A stretch of DNA of 62,135 nt, the filler included, from Basidiobolus ranarum (lineage: Eukaryota): assembly GCA_040143965.1 (NCBI GenBank). It is 17 parts of 17 records of this genome, joined end to end, with 100 filler letters (N's around TTAATTAATTAA, not from the genome) between each part and the next. Parts side by side here need not be neighbours in the genome. Positions count along the whole stretch, not along the records: positions 1 to 3,571 come from JASJQH010002406.1; positions 3,672 to 7,241 come from JASJQH010002407.1; positions 7,342 to 10,911 come from JASJQH010002408.1; positions 11,012 to 14,580 come from JASJQH010002409.1; 13 more parts are not named here. The stretch is one strand, 5' to 3'. Each line of letters starts with the position of its first letter. The first letter of the stretch is position 1. The notes below the pieces were generated by a model, which worked only from the letters and a program-made list of their open reading frames with translations, searched no databases and was not told where the DNA came from. Positions 1 to 13,122 of this stretch are shown here, piece after piece. The translations under genes and the position numbers were made by a program.

Positions 1-118
1 ATTTGCAGCTAAGTGATATTTGACTAAATAATGTTGACTAACTAATAGGTGATATATGAAATAGTTAGGTGTATAAAGATAGGGATAACATATATGATAA
101 AGACAATAAACTTCAACA
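1..118. mobile_element. Partial LTR (family B) interrupting the RNase H end of a copia element
   Basis: Ends ...AAACTTCAACA. It matches the reverse complement of the start of the 59905-60297 LTR, and the copia ADFLTQP codons stop abruptly at this boundary. Confidence 0.75.
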
Positions 119-2490
119 AATGGTTGGGTCAAGAAGTCAGCAAACATTTCTTCAGTGGGTCAATAGACAAGTTCAATTGTATCATTCTCTGTTGCATCTT
201 TAACAAAATAGTGCGCAATATCTATATGTTTTGTTCTAATGTGAAAAACAAGGTTTTTAGCAAATTAAACACAACTGTGCTTATCTTAAAATACAGTACT
301 AGCATGTTCTTGCATGTATCCAAAGTCTGTTAATAACTTCCTTAATCATATAGCATCTTGTGTAGTCACAGAGGCAGTCAAATGCTCTGCTTGTGTATTA
401 GAAAGTGATATGGTTGGTTGCTTCTCACTGCTCCAGGTTATGGCTCCATCAGCATAAAGAAACGTGTATCTAGTTGTTGTTCTTCTATTGTCAGGGTTTC
501 TTCCCCAGCCTGCATCACTGTAGCCTTCAAAACTATGCACATCAGGAGGGCAGAGTGTTCCAGAACTAGATCTGCAGTCTCTCTCTAATAACTGAATATT
601 TGTTGTACTGCAGTTTTTGTTCATATGCTGGATTTTGAAGATGGTAGCTGAAAGTTCCCACAGCCACAGCAATTTTCTGGATGGGTCCTAACCACTGTGT
701 ACACAAAAATACCTACTATGGAGTAATAAGGGAACTCCTGGCTTTGATTTAAGTTATTTTTGGCCAAATTGAAACAAATTTGGGTTAATTGCACTTTGGG
801 ATCCTTGGGTGTTAATAGCAGCTTGCTTTTATCCATGTTGAAGCTTTTAGGATAGCCAGTACTTATCTAGTCTGATCCAATATTATTGTCTTATTAGGTA
901 TATCTCTCTTGATTGGGAGCATAAGGAAATAAACTATATCATCCATATCAGCCTTCTGAAATTAGTTTGTCTAGCAGCTTTTTGTCTTTTTAAGTGCTAA
1001 TAGATCATTTGCAGCTATATTCAAGTCATCCACATATACAGCTGAAATAAGGTTATTATTTCCACTTATTTTGATGTAAATATTAGGATTTGCTGTGCAT
1101 TTTTGCAATTCCAGTGATTCCAAATGGATATCATTGCTTTTTCCCATGATCTTGAATCTCAACTCTCCAGAGCTTGATCCAAAGTCTGTGGCTAGTCATA
1201 GAATGCTCTATAAGCATAAACATCACCATTGGAAGTGTTCCACCAGCTTCTAAAATTATACCTGCATCTTGATAATCTTATAGGTACTAAATAATTGTCT
1301 GATATAATTGGAGCTGGAATTTTAGCTGAATTGGGTGCAGCTACCACTGAAATATACCTGACACTTTCTGTATAGTGCTGACTGGGCTTTCTGGATCAAG
1401 ATCTTTGATTTTGGGTAAAGTTCTTAGTGCTTTTATCATTGCCAGACCTTGAAATCAGCTGCCTGTGATGTTTTCCATATTCACAACCTTCACACATATC
1501 TAATTTGGTGTTACTTTCAATATCTAAGTCTGAAACAAGCTGATTTTGGATCATTTGAGTCAGTTTTTGCTTTCCAATGTGGCCTAATCTTCTGTGCCAT
1601 GCATAACAGCTTATTTCATTGGTTTATGCCTAATTTGCATGTACAGAATGCAATTTGTTGAATTCTAGCTTGTGTAAGTTTTGGGTTTTGATCTGATGAG
1701 CTGCATTAGTATTATTCTGATCTTTGATTACTCATCCAGCCATGATGAACATGAAATTCTGTCCTTAAGTTGTTGCTTGGCTTACTGGGAGTGGATTCTT
1801 GGCTATATATAGTACAATGAGAACATGGTCCAATTTTGCAGATGGTGTAGCAGAATATTGATCTAAATTAAGCACCACTGTGCCCTTACTAACTATATCC
1901 GGTGCATAGTCATAACTAAGCAGAGTTTCCTTGTTTGGATGTTTTTTGAACTGGATAATCAATTGTACTTGTTGATATATACTGGGAAGCTCCTGAATTG
2001 ATGTGTCATGTTTCTGAGTCTTTTTTAGTGGTTACTGTTAGGGCAGACAAAAATAAAAGATCCCTATTGGTGCTTGCTTAATTTGTTTGTTTTGATTTTA
2101 GCTCTTTGCCAAAATCCTTTCTTTGCAAACTTTGTTTAAATGGCTTAGCTTCTTGCAATACTTGCAGATGAATGATTTTCCAGTTGGGGTATCACTATTG
2201 AAGTGTGTCAAATGTTTTACAGCCCCAACAAATGCCTTATAAGCATTATTTTGCTGAGAATTAGATCTCCTTAATTCCTCATTCAAAAGCCTAGCACCAA
2301 TGTATTCCATTGTTAATGGCTCTTATCTTGATTCAGAGCAATTTTGTGGTTCCCAAACCTGTCTCACAGGCTTTGAAGTAATATGATGAATGAGTCTTCT
2401 TCATTCTGAGATGTTCCAACAGATCAGAGCTGATCAGCCATTGTTTTCATCCAATTTATGTGATTAGCTATAGAATCGTCATATTTCATC
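119..2490 (-). mobile_element. Degenerate Ty1/copia internal region (gag, protease, RT, RNase H) with the integrase core deleted
   Basis: Fragments: zinc knuckle CKYCKKLSHLNKVC, RT VYVDDL, RNase H GYSDAGWG and ITWSSEKQPTISLS. Many stops and frameshifts. Confidence 0.92.
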
Positions 2491-2520
2491 AAAATTTAGA
2501 GTGATTTATGACTTAAATGT

Positions 2521-2870
2521 TGACAAAAGTGTTTAGGGGATTTGCAATTGTTTTGCACAAGACTTGTATATGTGAATTGGACACCTAAGCTTTATTAAAT
2601 CAAATGTGTGCTGTTTATAGCTTAATATATTATTGGACTATTGGATGTGTTTAGATCATAACAAACATGCTTGTTAAGCATGGGTAAAAGTTTTGATGAT
2701 TTGCAAGAGTTTTGAGAAATTGGTGAAAATTGTTACAAGTGATCTGGTTGATATTTCTATCTGTTTGAGAAATAAGCACACATTTTTGAATGACAGATTT
2801 GAGTGCTGAATAATCAGAACATGATTAAACTGACCACCAACTAATTAGTTGCTCTTACCTGCTTTCAACA
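2521..2870 (-). mobile_element. LTR family A copy (350 bp)
   Basis: TGACAAAAGTG...TTTCAACA, aligning with 6488-6839 and 44288-44639. No target-site duplication visible. Confidence 0.85.
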
Positions 2871-2989
2871 GATATTCCTGGGTATTGTTTGTCAAATGAA
2901 AATCCAAAGCCTTATCTGTATTAGATCACTACAAGTTAGTGGTAAAGAAAGAATTAGTACAAAAATAATGGTAACAAGGAGTGACAATG

Positions 2990-3449
2990 GTAGATAATAC
3001 TGCTCTAAAGCCTTTGCTGGTTTTTACTCCAAACTTGGACTTAGGCATCACCCTAATGTACCTTATACTCCAAATGGTAAGATCATTGTTACATGGTCAA
3101 AAGTAAGATTATCAATATTAGGCTGAACCTGTCTACACTGCAGTCTTTATTTGAATTATATGTCCAATAAGATCGCTACAAAATTGTAAGCCATTTGAAG
3201 CACCCTATGGATCAAAATCAAGTGTTGATCATCTCAGGATCTTGGGTTGCACAGCATATTGCCATATCATAGCTCAAAATGCTCTAAATAAAACCCAAAA
3301 GCATTAAATGCACATCAGTTGGTTAATGTGATTGATAGAAGGTCTACAGACTGCTTGATACTGATGGTGAAGTTAACCATGTGCAGAGATGTGATTTTTG
3401 ATGAAAGAGCCAATGTTTCAACTTTAATCACAGTTCTTGATCCTGAAAC
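2990..3449 (+). mobile_element. Degenerate copia integrase C-terminal fragment
   Basis: Broken-frame motifs PYTP, HLRILGCTAYCHI, CRDVIFDE. Confidence 0.8.
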
Positions 3450-3571
3450 TGTTGAAATTAGGTAAATAGCAACTCATTATTTAGTAGTTAGTTTATTCAT
3501 ATTCTGATTATTTAGTACTCAATTCTGTCATTCAAAAACATGTGTTAATTGCTCTAATTGATAGAAATATC
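3450..3571 (+). mobile_element. LTR family A, truncated by contig end
   Basis: Begins TGTTGAAATTAGGTAAATAGCAAC, the reverse complement of the ends at 6839 and 44639. Confidence 0.85.
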
Positions 3572-3671
3572 NNNNNNNNNNNNNNNNNNNNNNNNNNNNN
3601 NNNNNNNNNNNNNNNTTAATTAATTAANNNNNNNNNNNNNNNNNNNNNNNNNNNNNNNNNNNNNNNNNNNN
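3572..3671. other. Artificial contig spacer (first of 16; others start at 7242, 10912, 14581, 18248, 21913, 25575, 29236, 32896, 36555, 40213, 43870, 47526, 51180, 54833, 58485)
   Basis: Identical N44-TTAATTAATTAA-N44 blocks give stops in all six frames. Contig lengths never increase along the window. Confidence 0.99.
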
Positions 3672-6487
3672 GGAGAAGAAATACCTGCGTATTTGATTCA
3701 CTGCAGGTTTGAGCTCAGATCCGTGATTATTCAGATATTGGCTGACAGTTTGCACTGCCACAGCAATGTCTGGATATGTTCAAACCATTGAATACACTAA
3801 AGTAGCTTCCATGATCTGATAAGGGAACTCCTGGCTTTGACTCAGGTCATTTTGAGCCAAATTGGATGATATTTTATTAATTTCACATTGGGATCCATCG
3901 GTATTAAAACTGGCTTGCTATTCTCCATGTTGAAGCATTTTAGGATATCCAAGATGTTTCTAGATTGATTCAGCATGACTGTTTGATTGGATTTATTTCT
4001 CTTGATTTGAATTTAAAGAAAATAACTTTACTCACCCTTATCAGTCAACTGAAATTGGTTTGTTAAGCTGCTTTTTATCTGATCAAATGGTTCCAGCTCA
4101 TGTTTGGCTATGATCTAGTCATCCACATATAGTTGCAATATAAGGATCCTATTTCTGGCTGTTTTGATATAATACTGTGATCTGCTGTGCATTTTTGATA
4201 TTCCAGTGATTCCAAATAGGTATCTATCTTGTTGTACCATGCCCTGGGTGCTTGCTTGAGTCCAAACAGCAATTTTGCAGCTTACAGACCATATCATGGT
4301 GTTTTGAGTCAACAAATCCAACTGGTCGCTCCTTTTAAATATCTTTTAGATTTCCATTCAAAAAAGGCTGTTTTTATGTCCATTTGATGTGGATCAAGGT
4401 TATGGATGGCTGAGAGTGCCTGGGTTGATCTAATGGAGCTAAATATAGCTATAGGAACAAATGTTTGATTAAACTCCACTTCTGGAGCTTTGGAATAGCC
4501 TTTTGCAACTAACCTTGCTTTGTACCTTCTTAGGATTCCATCAGCTAGGTTTTTAACTTTTTAAACCCATTTGCAACCTATTGGCCTTCTTCCTGATGGT
4601 AGAGTTCTTGAAACCCATGTTTTGTCATTCTGAAGTGAAAAAAACTCATCAGATGTTGACTTTTGCCATACTTTTGATCCTGGACACCCCAGAGCTTGAT
4701 CTAGAGTCTGTAGCATGTCACAGAATGCTGCATAGGCATATACATCATCATTGGAAGTGTTCCACCAGTTTCCTTGCTTATTTCTCCTACACAGATGATA
4801 TTGTGGGTCCTGAATCAACCTCTGATGTAATGGGCCTCGATGTTGGTTCAATAGGGCTCAGATTGAGCTGAAATCTCTTCAGCCACTTCCTGAATAGTGC
4901 TGATTGTGTTTTCTGCATCAAGAACTGAAATTAGAGTTGAAAAGTTGCTTTTTCATCAAAAATCACATAATTGCACTTAAATTAACCTCTGTGGTTTGGT
5001 ATCAAACAGTCTATAGGTCTTAGATCCATCAAAGTAACCAAGAAATTAGCATTTTCTGCTTTTGGGTTCCAATTTAGAGCATTTTTGAGCTGGAATCAGG
5101 CAATTTGCTGGGCAACCAAAGATCATAAGGTAATCTACTTTTGGTTTTTATTCTTATAGGGCTTCAAGTGGAGTAGAATTTTGTAGCAATCTTGTTGCCA
5201 TCTGTTTTGGATATAAACTGTGATGGAGACAGACACAGCCCACTAATGGTAATCCAACTATTAATCATGTAGCATTGATCTTGTCATCCCCACTCTGGGC
5301 CTATTGGCACATTCCGTAACTCCATTTTGCTGAGGAGTATAAGGTACAGTACTTAGAAGCTAAATTCAATGTTTAGAACAGAAACTAGTAAAGTCTTGAG
5401 AGCAGTATTCTCCACCATTATCACTCCCTAGCACCCTTATTTTGTGCTGATTCTTTCTCTACCATTGCTTTGTTGTGCTTATATGTAGCTAAGGCTTTAG
5501 ATCTTGTTTTGAGAAAGAATACCCAAGTATATATTGTTTTGTCATCAATAAAGGTTATAAAGTACCTTTTCCCACTTAGTAAGACACTTTTTAGTGGCCC
5601 ACATAGGTCAGAATACATCAGGGCAAAATTCTGAGTGGGAGTGATCCATCTAGAGCTTGAAATGGCTGTCTGTGATGTTTTCCATATTTTCAATCTTCAC
5701 ACAGATACAATTTGGTGATATTTCCAAATTCTAAACCCAAAACAAGCTGATTTTGGATCATTTGGGCCAGTTTTGTTCCCTAATGTGGCCTGAATGCAAT
5801 TTATTGATTTCTAGCTTGTACAAGTTTTGAGTTCTGATCCCAGTAGCAAATTTGGTATTATTCTGATCAGTGATAGTGCATCCATCTTTACTGAACATGA
5901 AATTTAGTCCTTAAGTAGTTGCTTGATGTACTGAGAGTAGATTCTTGGCTATATTTGGTACATAGTGTACATCATCCAATTTTGCCAACGGTGTAGCTGA
6001 ATATTTGTCTGAATTGAGTACAACTGAGCCCTTACCAACTGCAACTAGTGCATAATCATCATTCAAATAGAATTTTCTTGTTTGGATTGGTCTTAAGCTG
6101 GAAAACCAATCTTTTTTGTTTGACATATGCTGGGAAGCTCCTGAATCAATGTACCATGTTTCTGAGTCTTCATTAGTGGTTACTGATAAGGCAGACACAA
6201 ATGGATGAACCCTATCAGTGCTTAATTGATTTGCTTGTTCCAATTTGTTTTTTTGGCAAAAATATTTTTCATTCAATCTTTGATAATACAGCCTGGTTTC
6301 TTTCAATACTTGCAGATGATTGATTTCCTATTAGGGGCACCATTATTGAAGCCTGTTGACTGTTTTTGAGCTCCAAAAAGTGCCTTTTCTGCATTATTTT
6401 GGCAAGAATTAGACCTCTGTAATTCTTCACTCTAAAGTCTAGACCAACATATTCCATTGTTGATGGCTCTGATTCTAGGGCAATTAT
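3672..6487 (-). mobile_element. Degenerate Ty1/copia pol (protease, integrase, RT)
   Basis: Protease WYIDSGASQHM, integrase YSDLCGP and YFITFIDD, RT RPIGCKWV and LYVDD, in copia order PR-INT-RT. Confidence 0.95.
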
Positions 6488-6839
6488 TGATAAAAGTGTT
6501 TAGGGAACTTGGAAGTGTTTTGGACAAGACTTGGATATGTGAATTAGACACTCAGGTTTTATTGAATTTAATCTGTCCTTTTTTATAGTTTACTATGAAA
6601 TTGAACTATTAAATGTGCTTACATCATAACAAACATGCCTGTTAAGCATGGGTGAAAATTGAGGTGATTTGGAGACGTTTTGAGAAAATATTGAAAATTG
6701 GCAAAAGTGATCTAATTGATATTTCTATCAATTAGAGCAATATACACACATTTTTAAATGTCCAAATTGAGTGCTTAATGATCAAAGTATGAATAAACCA
6801 ACCGCTAAATAATGAGTTGCTATTTACCTAATTTCAACA
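6488..6839 (-). mobile_element. 3' LTR (family A, 352 bp) of a copia element inserted in the gag of another copia
   Basis: On the minus strand, RNase H end is followed by purine tract TTGAGTGGGAA (6840-6850) and then TGTTGAAATT...TTTTATCA. Confidence 0.9.
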
Positions 6840-6849
6840 TTCCCACTCA

Positions 6850-7241
6850 ATTAGTTATTTTGTATTTCTCTTAAACCTAACTTATACCTTAATGATTCAA
6901 ATTGTACTTTAGCTAAAAGTTTGGTTATGATGTCAGCAATCATTTCTTCAGTAAAGCAAGAGACAAGTTCAATTATATCATTCTCTATTGCTTCTCTAAC
7001 AAAATGCTGCCCGATATCTATATGTTTTGTTGTAGCATAAAATGTAAGGTTTTGAGCTAATGAAATACAACTTTACTTTCTTCAATCACCATATTTGCCC
7101 ATTGTTGCATGTAAGCTAAGTCTGTAAATAGCTTTGTCAACCACATAGCTTCTTGTGTAGTAGCAGAGGCAGCCATATATTCTGCTTCTGTAGTGGAAAG
7201 TGTTACTATTGGTTGCTTCTTACTATTCCAAGTTATTGCTC
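6850..7241 (-). mobile_element. Copia RNase H 3' end
   Basis: Minus strand reads ITWNSKKQPIVTLSTTEAEYMAA, TKHIDI and EEMIADIITK. Confidence 0.92.
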
Positions 7242-7449
7242 NNNNNNNNNNNNNNNNNNNNNNNNNNNNNNNNNNNNNNNNNNNNTTAATTAATTAANNN
7301 NNNNNNNNNNNNNNNNNNNNNNNNNNNNNNNNNNNNNNNNNACTATATAAGTCACCATATACTCTTAAGAATAAACTAACTAAAACACACTATCATAAGT
7401 TGCTTCTAATACTCAAAGTCTACCCCCATTATGTCAAGATCCTCCAACA

Positions 7450-7644
7450 GATAACTTGTGCTAGAAGCCCCAAACTTTGCACACATGTTCCTGGGACCTT
7501 ACTTAACACATTCTACATGTTAATTTGTTTACATCTTGAAAAAACTATAAATGTCAACTTTCTACTCAATAAGTCAACAAGTGAAAACCACCAATTCCTC
7601 TAATTCTCCAAACCACTTCCAACAGGCTCCCAAATACTTTAATA
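7450..7644 (+). mobile_element. 3' part of LTR family C, preceded by a probable different LTR end (...CCAACA at 7449)
   Basis: Near-identical to the reverse complement of 61585-61775 (CTAGAAGCCCCAAACTTTGCACACATGTTCCTGGGACC). Confidence 0.85.
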
Positions 7645-8269
7645 CATAGCACTTCAAATGCTCTATCAAAAGTCTTTATGCTTAGTAGAATACAAGTGTC
7701 TCAGTGTATTCAGAATTCCATTACTAAAGTTGTTGATGAAAGATATTACTTTCAATGTAACTCGGAGTTGTCATGAATTGGCAAAACGCTTAAACCTGTT
7801 AAAAAACCCCAACCTTGTCTACAACTTTCCTGGCACCACAGTAGCACAAACCGATTGTAGTGTTTCATTGTTACCAAACAACATATATATACTTTCAATC
7901 CAATACAACAGTAAGTGCTGAAAAACACTTCTTCATATTCCTCCATTATATATCCTCTATGACACCTCTAGTTAAAGGTGGGGATCTACTTGAGTTCAAG
8001 ATGAATGGATATGGGTCAGATATCTAATACAGCCAGCTTTTATGCTTTGGTTAACTGAGTTGGCTACTCTCTTCACAATTCAGATGCGTGGTTAACTAAT
8101 CTAGTAACTGTGAATAAAATTGGGTTTAGGTTCAAGAAATGAAGAAAAAAAAAGAATCGGAATTTTTAAGAAATTGAGTAAATATTTTCTTGCACGTCAC
8201 AAAGGAATGAACAGTCTAAACGAAGAAAGTTCCAAGTCTTTTTCCTTGATAACCTTGTAATAGAAAATA

Positions 8270-10440
8270 ATGATCACACCGGTGTTTAGCGTTTCACAAG
8301 ATTCGGATTTTGTGGAGATTATTATTCATGCACCTCATATTAAAGTATGTATACACTTCTACTTTTATTCTATACTTTCCAAGTTACATTTCTAAACAGC
8401 TCGAAATTCCTTTTCTAAAGACGCAAGAAGTAGACTTTCATGTTTCTGGACGCGAGTTTCGTTTCTACGTCCATCCTTACTTCTTGAGGTAAACTTTAGT
8501 TATGGCTCTTAAGTTCTTGCGGTATGTTTTTAAAAGGTCTTACTTGACTTCAGGTTAAATTTCCCGGGAATGTTGGTTGAGGATGAACGTTCAACTGCTG
8601 CATACGATATAGGTAGTGGTGATATAACTGTAAAGATTCCCAAAGAAACCCCCGGTGAAGATTTCCCAGATCTTGACCTTCTTACCAAGTTAATCGCAAG
8701 TAATAAACCAGACGCCACGGAAGAAGTTAAAAAAAAAGGACTGATTGAAGTCATGGAAGACAGACCAGATGACATTCAGCCGAACGATGAAGGTACGAAG
8801 ATAATAATTTCACTTACATTTACGTTCACGCCTAGAGCATTCATTGATGGAACTCACTTGTACTTGGATTAGGGCCAGACTTTGATTGGTCTATTCCTCA
8901 GGAATTAGCACAACCTGTAAGCTAACAGTTTACTCCTCTATATTTTGAAAATGATTTAACAAAACTTCTACCACTAGGTTTCAGTCACGAAGTTTCCTTA
9001 TGGATTTAATCGGGCATACAGCGAGTTTTTCGCTCACGTTCATGAAACAGCAAACGAAATCAATGACTTACTGGAGCCCGAGAATTGCTCGTTCGAAATT
9101 CGTAGACGCGAAAGAATCGAGAATGAAGATGACAAATTTGATGAAGACTACTACATGTAATACTGCATACATAGCCATTTAATTCACTTCTTCCGTTACT
9201 AAACACTTTATGCTACAATAGAGGGGACAAGGTCAATGAAGATGATATCAAGTACCTACTAAAGTATAAGTCCACTTGGTTCAGCGAACTCAAGAAGGTT
9301 CAAAAGAAAAAAGGTGAGAGACTTAACGTTGCGTAATTTATTGAACTCTTTTCTCATCATTCTTTGGTTTGTAGAGAATCAGCAAACCATCGCGGATGAG
9401 CTGGACCGAATGAGCATCACAGAACCTCTTCAATTTAGCGAGAAAGAGCAGGGGCAGATGCGTAATTTGCCCAATAGAGAATGTAAGCCATGTCACCATA
9501 GCATCATAAATCTCGCAAAACTAACGACTGCTTAAAGATCTTCTCGAAAACGAGAAAGCAGTTTATCTTGGAATCATTGATATTTTATTCGCCTATAGTT
9601 ACAATCACCGAGTTAACGAAGGTGATAGCAACGTTGAATCCTGCTGGATGATTGGAAAATTAAGCTCAACCCTGTCTTGCTTGGAGGTAATTTCTCACTA
9701 ATACGCAGTCCAAAGGCTACTCCTCACACTCATTCAATTCAAACAGGAATTCACTACCATTCGAGAAGTCTTGGTAGCGAATGTACGTCGGTCATTAGCA
9801 TACCCTCTATACAGAAATTGGAAGCTTTCTGAGAAAGTGATACAGGATATTTATGTTATTCTTAAGCTTGGGAAGAGAGCAATCTTGAAAATCATGCTGG
9901 AACTGAAAGATTTGTTTGATCACCACGATATTTACTATATCTATTCGAAGCTATATCTTGATGATTATTGTATCTGGATTCAGAGCGCAAGGTACGATGT
10001 GGTGTGTTGTTCCTGCCATTCCTACGATCTAACATTTCTGTTCAATTAGTGATAAGGTCTTACGTTCATTGGCGCACGAGCTGCATCATTTTGTTCTAGA
10101 AAAGAAAGAAATTGGATGGTGTTTAGAAGAATTAGAGGAGATTGCCGCGGTTGCTGCAGACGAGGGGATGGTTGAAATGCAAGTAGAATCCCTCCCAACC
10201 CAACACGACGTAGAAGATCCCACGCCCCAAGAATCACTGAATGAAGATGAAAGTGAGCCTATGGAGGAGCTAATTGCTGAACCTAATCCTCAGCATTCCG
10301 CCGCATCCGAGGAAGAGGAACCCAAGAAGAATCCTCTCATTGTAGAGCTAAACGAGGAGGAACCTAAAAAGAATCCTCTCATTGTAGAGCTAAATGAGGA
10401 AGAACCTAAGAAAAATCCTCTTATTGTAGAGCTCAATTAG
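8270..10440 (+). CDS. SHQ1: H/ACA snoRNP assembly factor Shq1 (multi-exon)
   Basis: Spliced N-terminus MITPVFSVSQD...FRFYVHPYFLR/LNFPG...PKETPGEDFPDLDLLTKL (CS domain), then YGFN and RRSLAYPLYRNWKL motifs typical of SHQ1. Short GT-AG introns. Confidence 0.93.
10312..10437 (+). repeat. 3 x 42-bp coding tandem repeat (EEEPKKNPLIVELN)
   Basis: Three in-frame units directly before the TAG stop. Confidence 0.98.
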
Positions 10441-10709
10441 CTACCTTGACCTGTTCCAACATTTAATTTTTCCATGAACTACTATCAATTAGAAGCAGCG
10501 CTTTCAAATTTACAATTTATGACATGGTCGCTATAGAGTAATAAATTTGAATTATAGTTAATTAGCCTAACTCTAACTTCAAATTCTGTCCAAAATGATT
10601 TGTCTTAAGCGAATGCGAACATCCAATGACACTAGTAAATTACACGATATAAGCACGTTATAACTTTATTTCGCTGATATATAGATAGAAAGAACGAAAG
10701 GTGAGAAAT

Positions 10710-10910
<201 letters not shown>

Positions 10911-11779
10911 GNNNNNNNNNNNNNNNNNNNNNNNNNNNNNNNNNNNNNNNNNNNNTTAATTAATTAANNNNNNNNNNNNNNNNNNNNNNNNNNNNNNNNN
11001 NNNNNNNNNNNTGATAATTGTGTCGAGTTTACTCGGGATAAAATAAGCCACAATATATCAAAATAGCACTCAGTCTATAAGCCCTATTTGGTTTCGAGAA
11101 TTGGATTTGGTTCCATCAAGTTCACCATAATACTGAGTTAGAATTGAATTTACTTCTGGAATATTAATTGACCATGAATTAATATCCCACCATATGTATA
11201 AGGCGTATACTGAATTCTAGGGCTATATACATATGTATACACTTGCTATGACTCGAATCGAACTGGCGTGCAGACTCTGCGAGTCTGAGAGGGCTGTAGA
11301 TACTCCGTTAACAACTATTGTACTAATAAAGCCAACTTCGAGGTTTTGCTAATTAAACACGAGTTCTACAAGGTGTACACAGGTAGCTATCTCCTCCAAC
11401 CTTCTCTGATATAACCTGAGTATCCTGAATTTAAATGGACCAAAGAACTCTGTTGCGCGTGGATGATCATCAGATATGGATGGTTCTAGTAGTCTTGAGG
11501 TCTGAAAGTGAGCATACACTCTTTTGACTTACACCTGGCCAACACTTCAGGGTACATTTTCATGTTAAAAAGCCTGGTTAAGCGTACATTGCATATTTCT
11601 GTGCTTCGCTGGATGTGACCACTGAAATTTGTCTAATATATTTTCTACTTGATCCGTCATTTCTTCCCGCTAGTAATATTGTAACTTCGGATTCAATGCG
11701 GCAGTATCCAAAGTCAGTTTTCTGTCCGGGATTGATCACAAGGTTTTGGATGAGTTCCCTTTGCTTCCCATTCAAGACA

Positions 11780-12100
11780 TTTCTCGGCAACAAATTATAC
11801 ATGCAAATATCCAGTGATATCTTTTCAATCTCCAGTTGCCTCTAGATCTTACTCGTTATGCAGTCGTATAGACCATTGTGTTAAATGTCAACGTATCCAG
11901 CGTGAATTTTTGCTTTCTCATCTCTTCATACAATTCCAAATCACCTTTAGAATCGATAATATTATGCAAATAGGTCCACGCGAGGTTTCTATCACTTCAG
12001 AATATCGCGTGTTATTGGGTAATGTATTCAATGAGATATTCGTCCGTGTGGTATCTAAGGCAACCTTGTAAAGCCTGATTTCTCGAAAGTTTCCAACTAC
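11780..12100 (-). pseudogene. Possible degraded pentatricopeptide-repeat (PPR) gene fragment
   Basis: One frame reads LELYEEMRKQKFTLDTLTFNTMV then a stop, resembling the PPR consensus. A weaker match NFREIRLYKVALD lies upstream in another frame. Confidence 0.4.
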
Positions 12101-13122
12101 ACTGTCATATTTTTGATGAAATATATGTACATTAACAAAATGTTTGCATGTGGCTAAATTTAGCTGCATTCCAATAGATTTCTTTCCAAAGTTGCTTCGA
12201 ACTCGGTATGTATCAGCAATGTGTATGTACATACTTACATTTGTCTCTACTCCTTTTGGCTAGCCAGAATTTAGTTCATTCTGTTACAGCATTTATTTTA
12301 AAACTATATTAAATTCTACACTAATAAGATACATAAAGTGAGCCATTTTTAAGGCCAAACTTGTTACTTTGGAAATTTGGTTGAATGTTTGGAGAAGTTC
12401 GACCAAGTATGCAATTCTGGAAAACACACCACCTAAACTCCTAAAGGCCGTAAAATATTTCTAAAAGGATTTCTTGTCCTGTTCTCTCCAAGATGCCCAG
12501 TTTAGGTTCGGTTTCGTTGACAGAAGCACTTTTCGGCTGAGTGGTCCGAATTCATTGTGCTCTTATGACTCTTATTATATCCCCACTTGAACCAAGTATA
12601 GGTTACAACTTGGTGGACGAAATCCTCTTAAACTGACTAATACATAATCACTTTTTTCTTGGGTAAAGTAAATGTGGCGTTTAAAGAGCCAGAGATAATA
12701 TTTGCAGACTTAATTCTTATTTGCTATCTACACTCTAAAAATTTAACCAACAAAAGATTTTTATCATCAGATAACTTGAATTCATTGTAGATTTGACTTG
12801 GTGATAATCAATATGTTTAATTGATACTCTTGCTGTATGAGTCAAAAACTGAACATCATCTACTCAGGCATGTGAATAGTTCAAGTGATACTTTTCCATT
12901 GGCCATAACTGGAGCTCAAACGATATTGTACTATCTTCAACTGATGCCGCACTTCCCATCACAGATTATCTTGTGGAGGTAAATGCGTATCGTGACGAAT
13001 GTCTAAATCAATTTGTAATCCGAATTAATGATACGCTCTGAGGTCATGTGATCTCCTGAGACTTGCAACTAGTTGAAATTTAAATTTACCCGCATGGGCA
13101 GAGAAACAGTAGGGTTAATAGA

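Noticed and set aside
1..7241. Classical CpA-directed RIP
   Set aside because: CA and TG are plentiful in the repeats; the missing dinucleotide is CG.
10312..10437. CRISPR-like or misassembled repeat
   Set aside because: There are no spacers, the units are in-frame coding, and they differ at synonymous sites.
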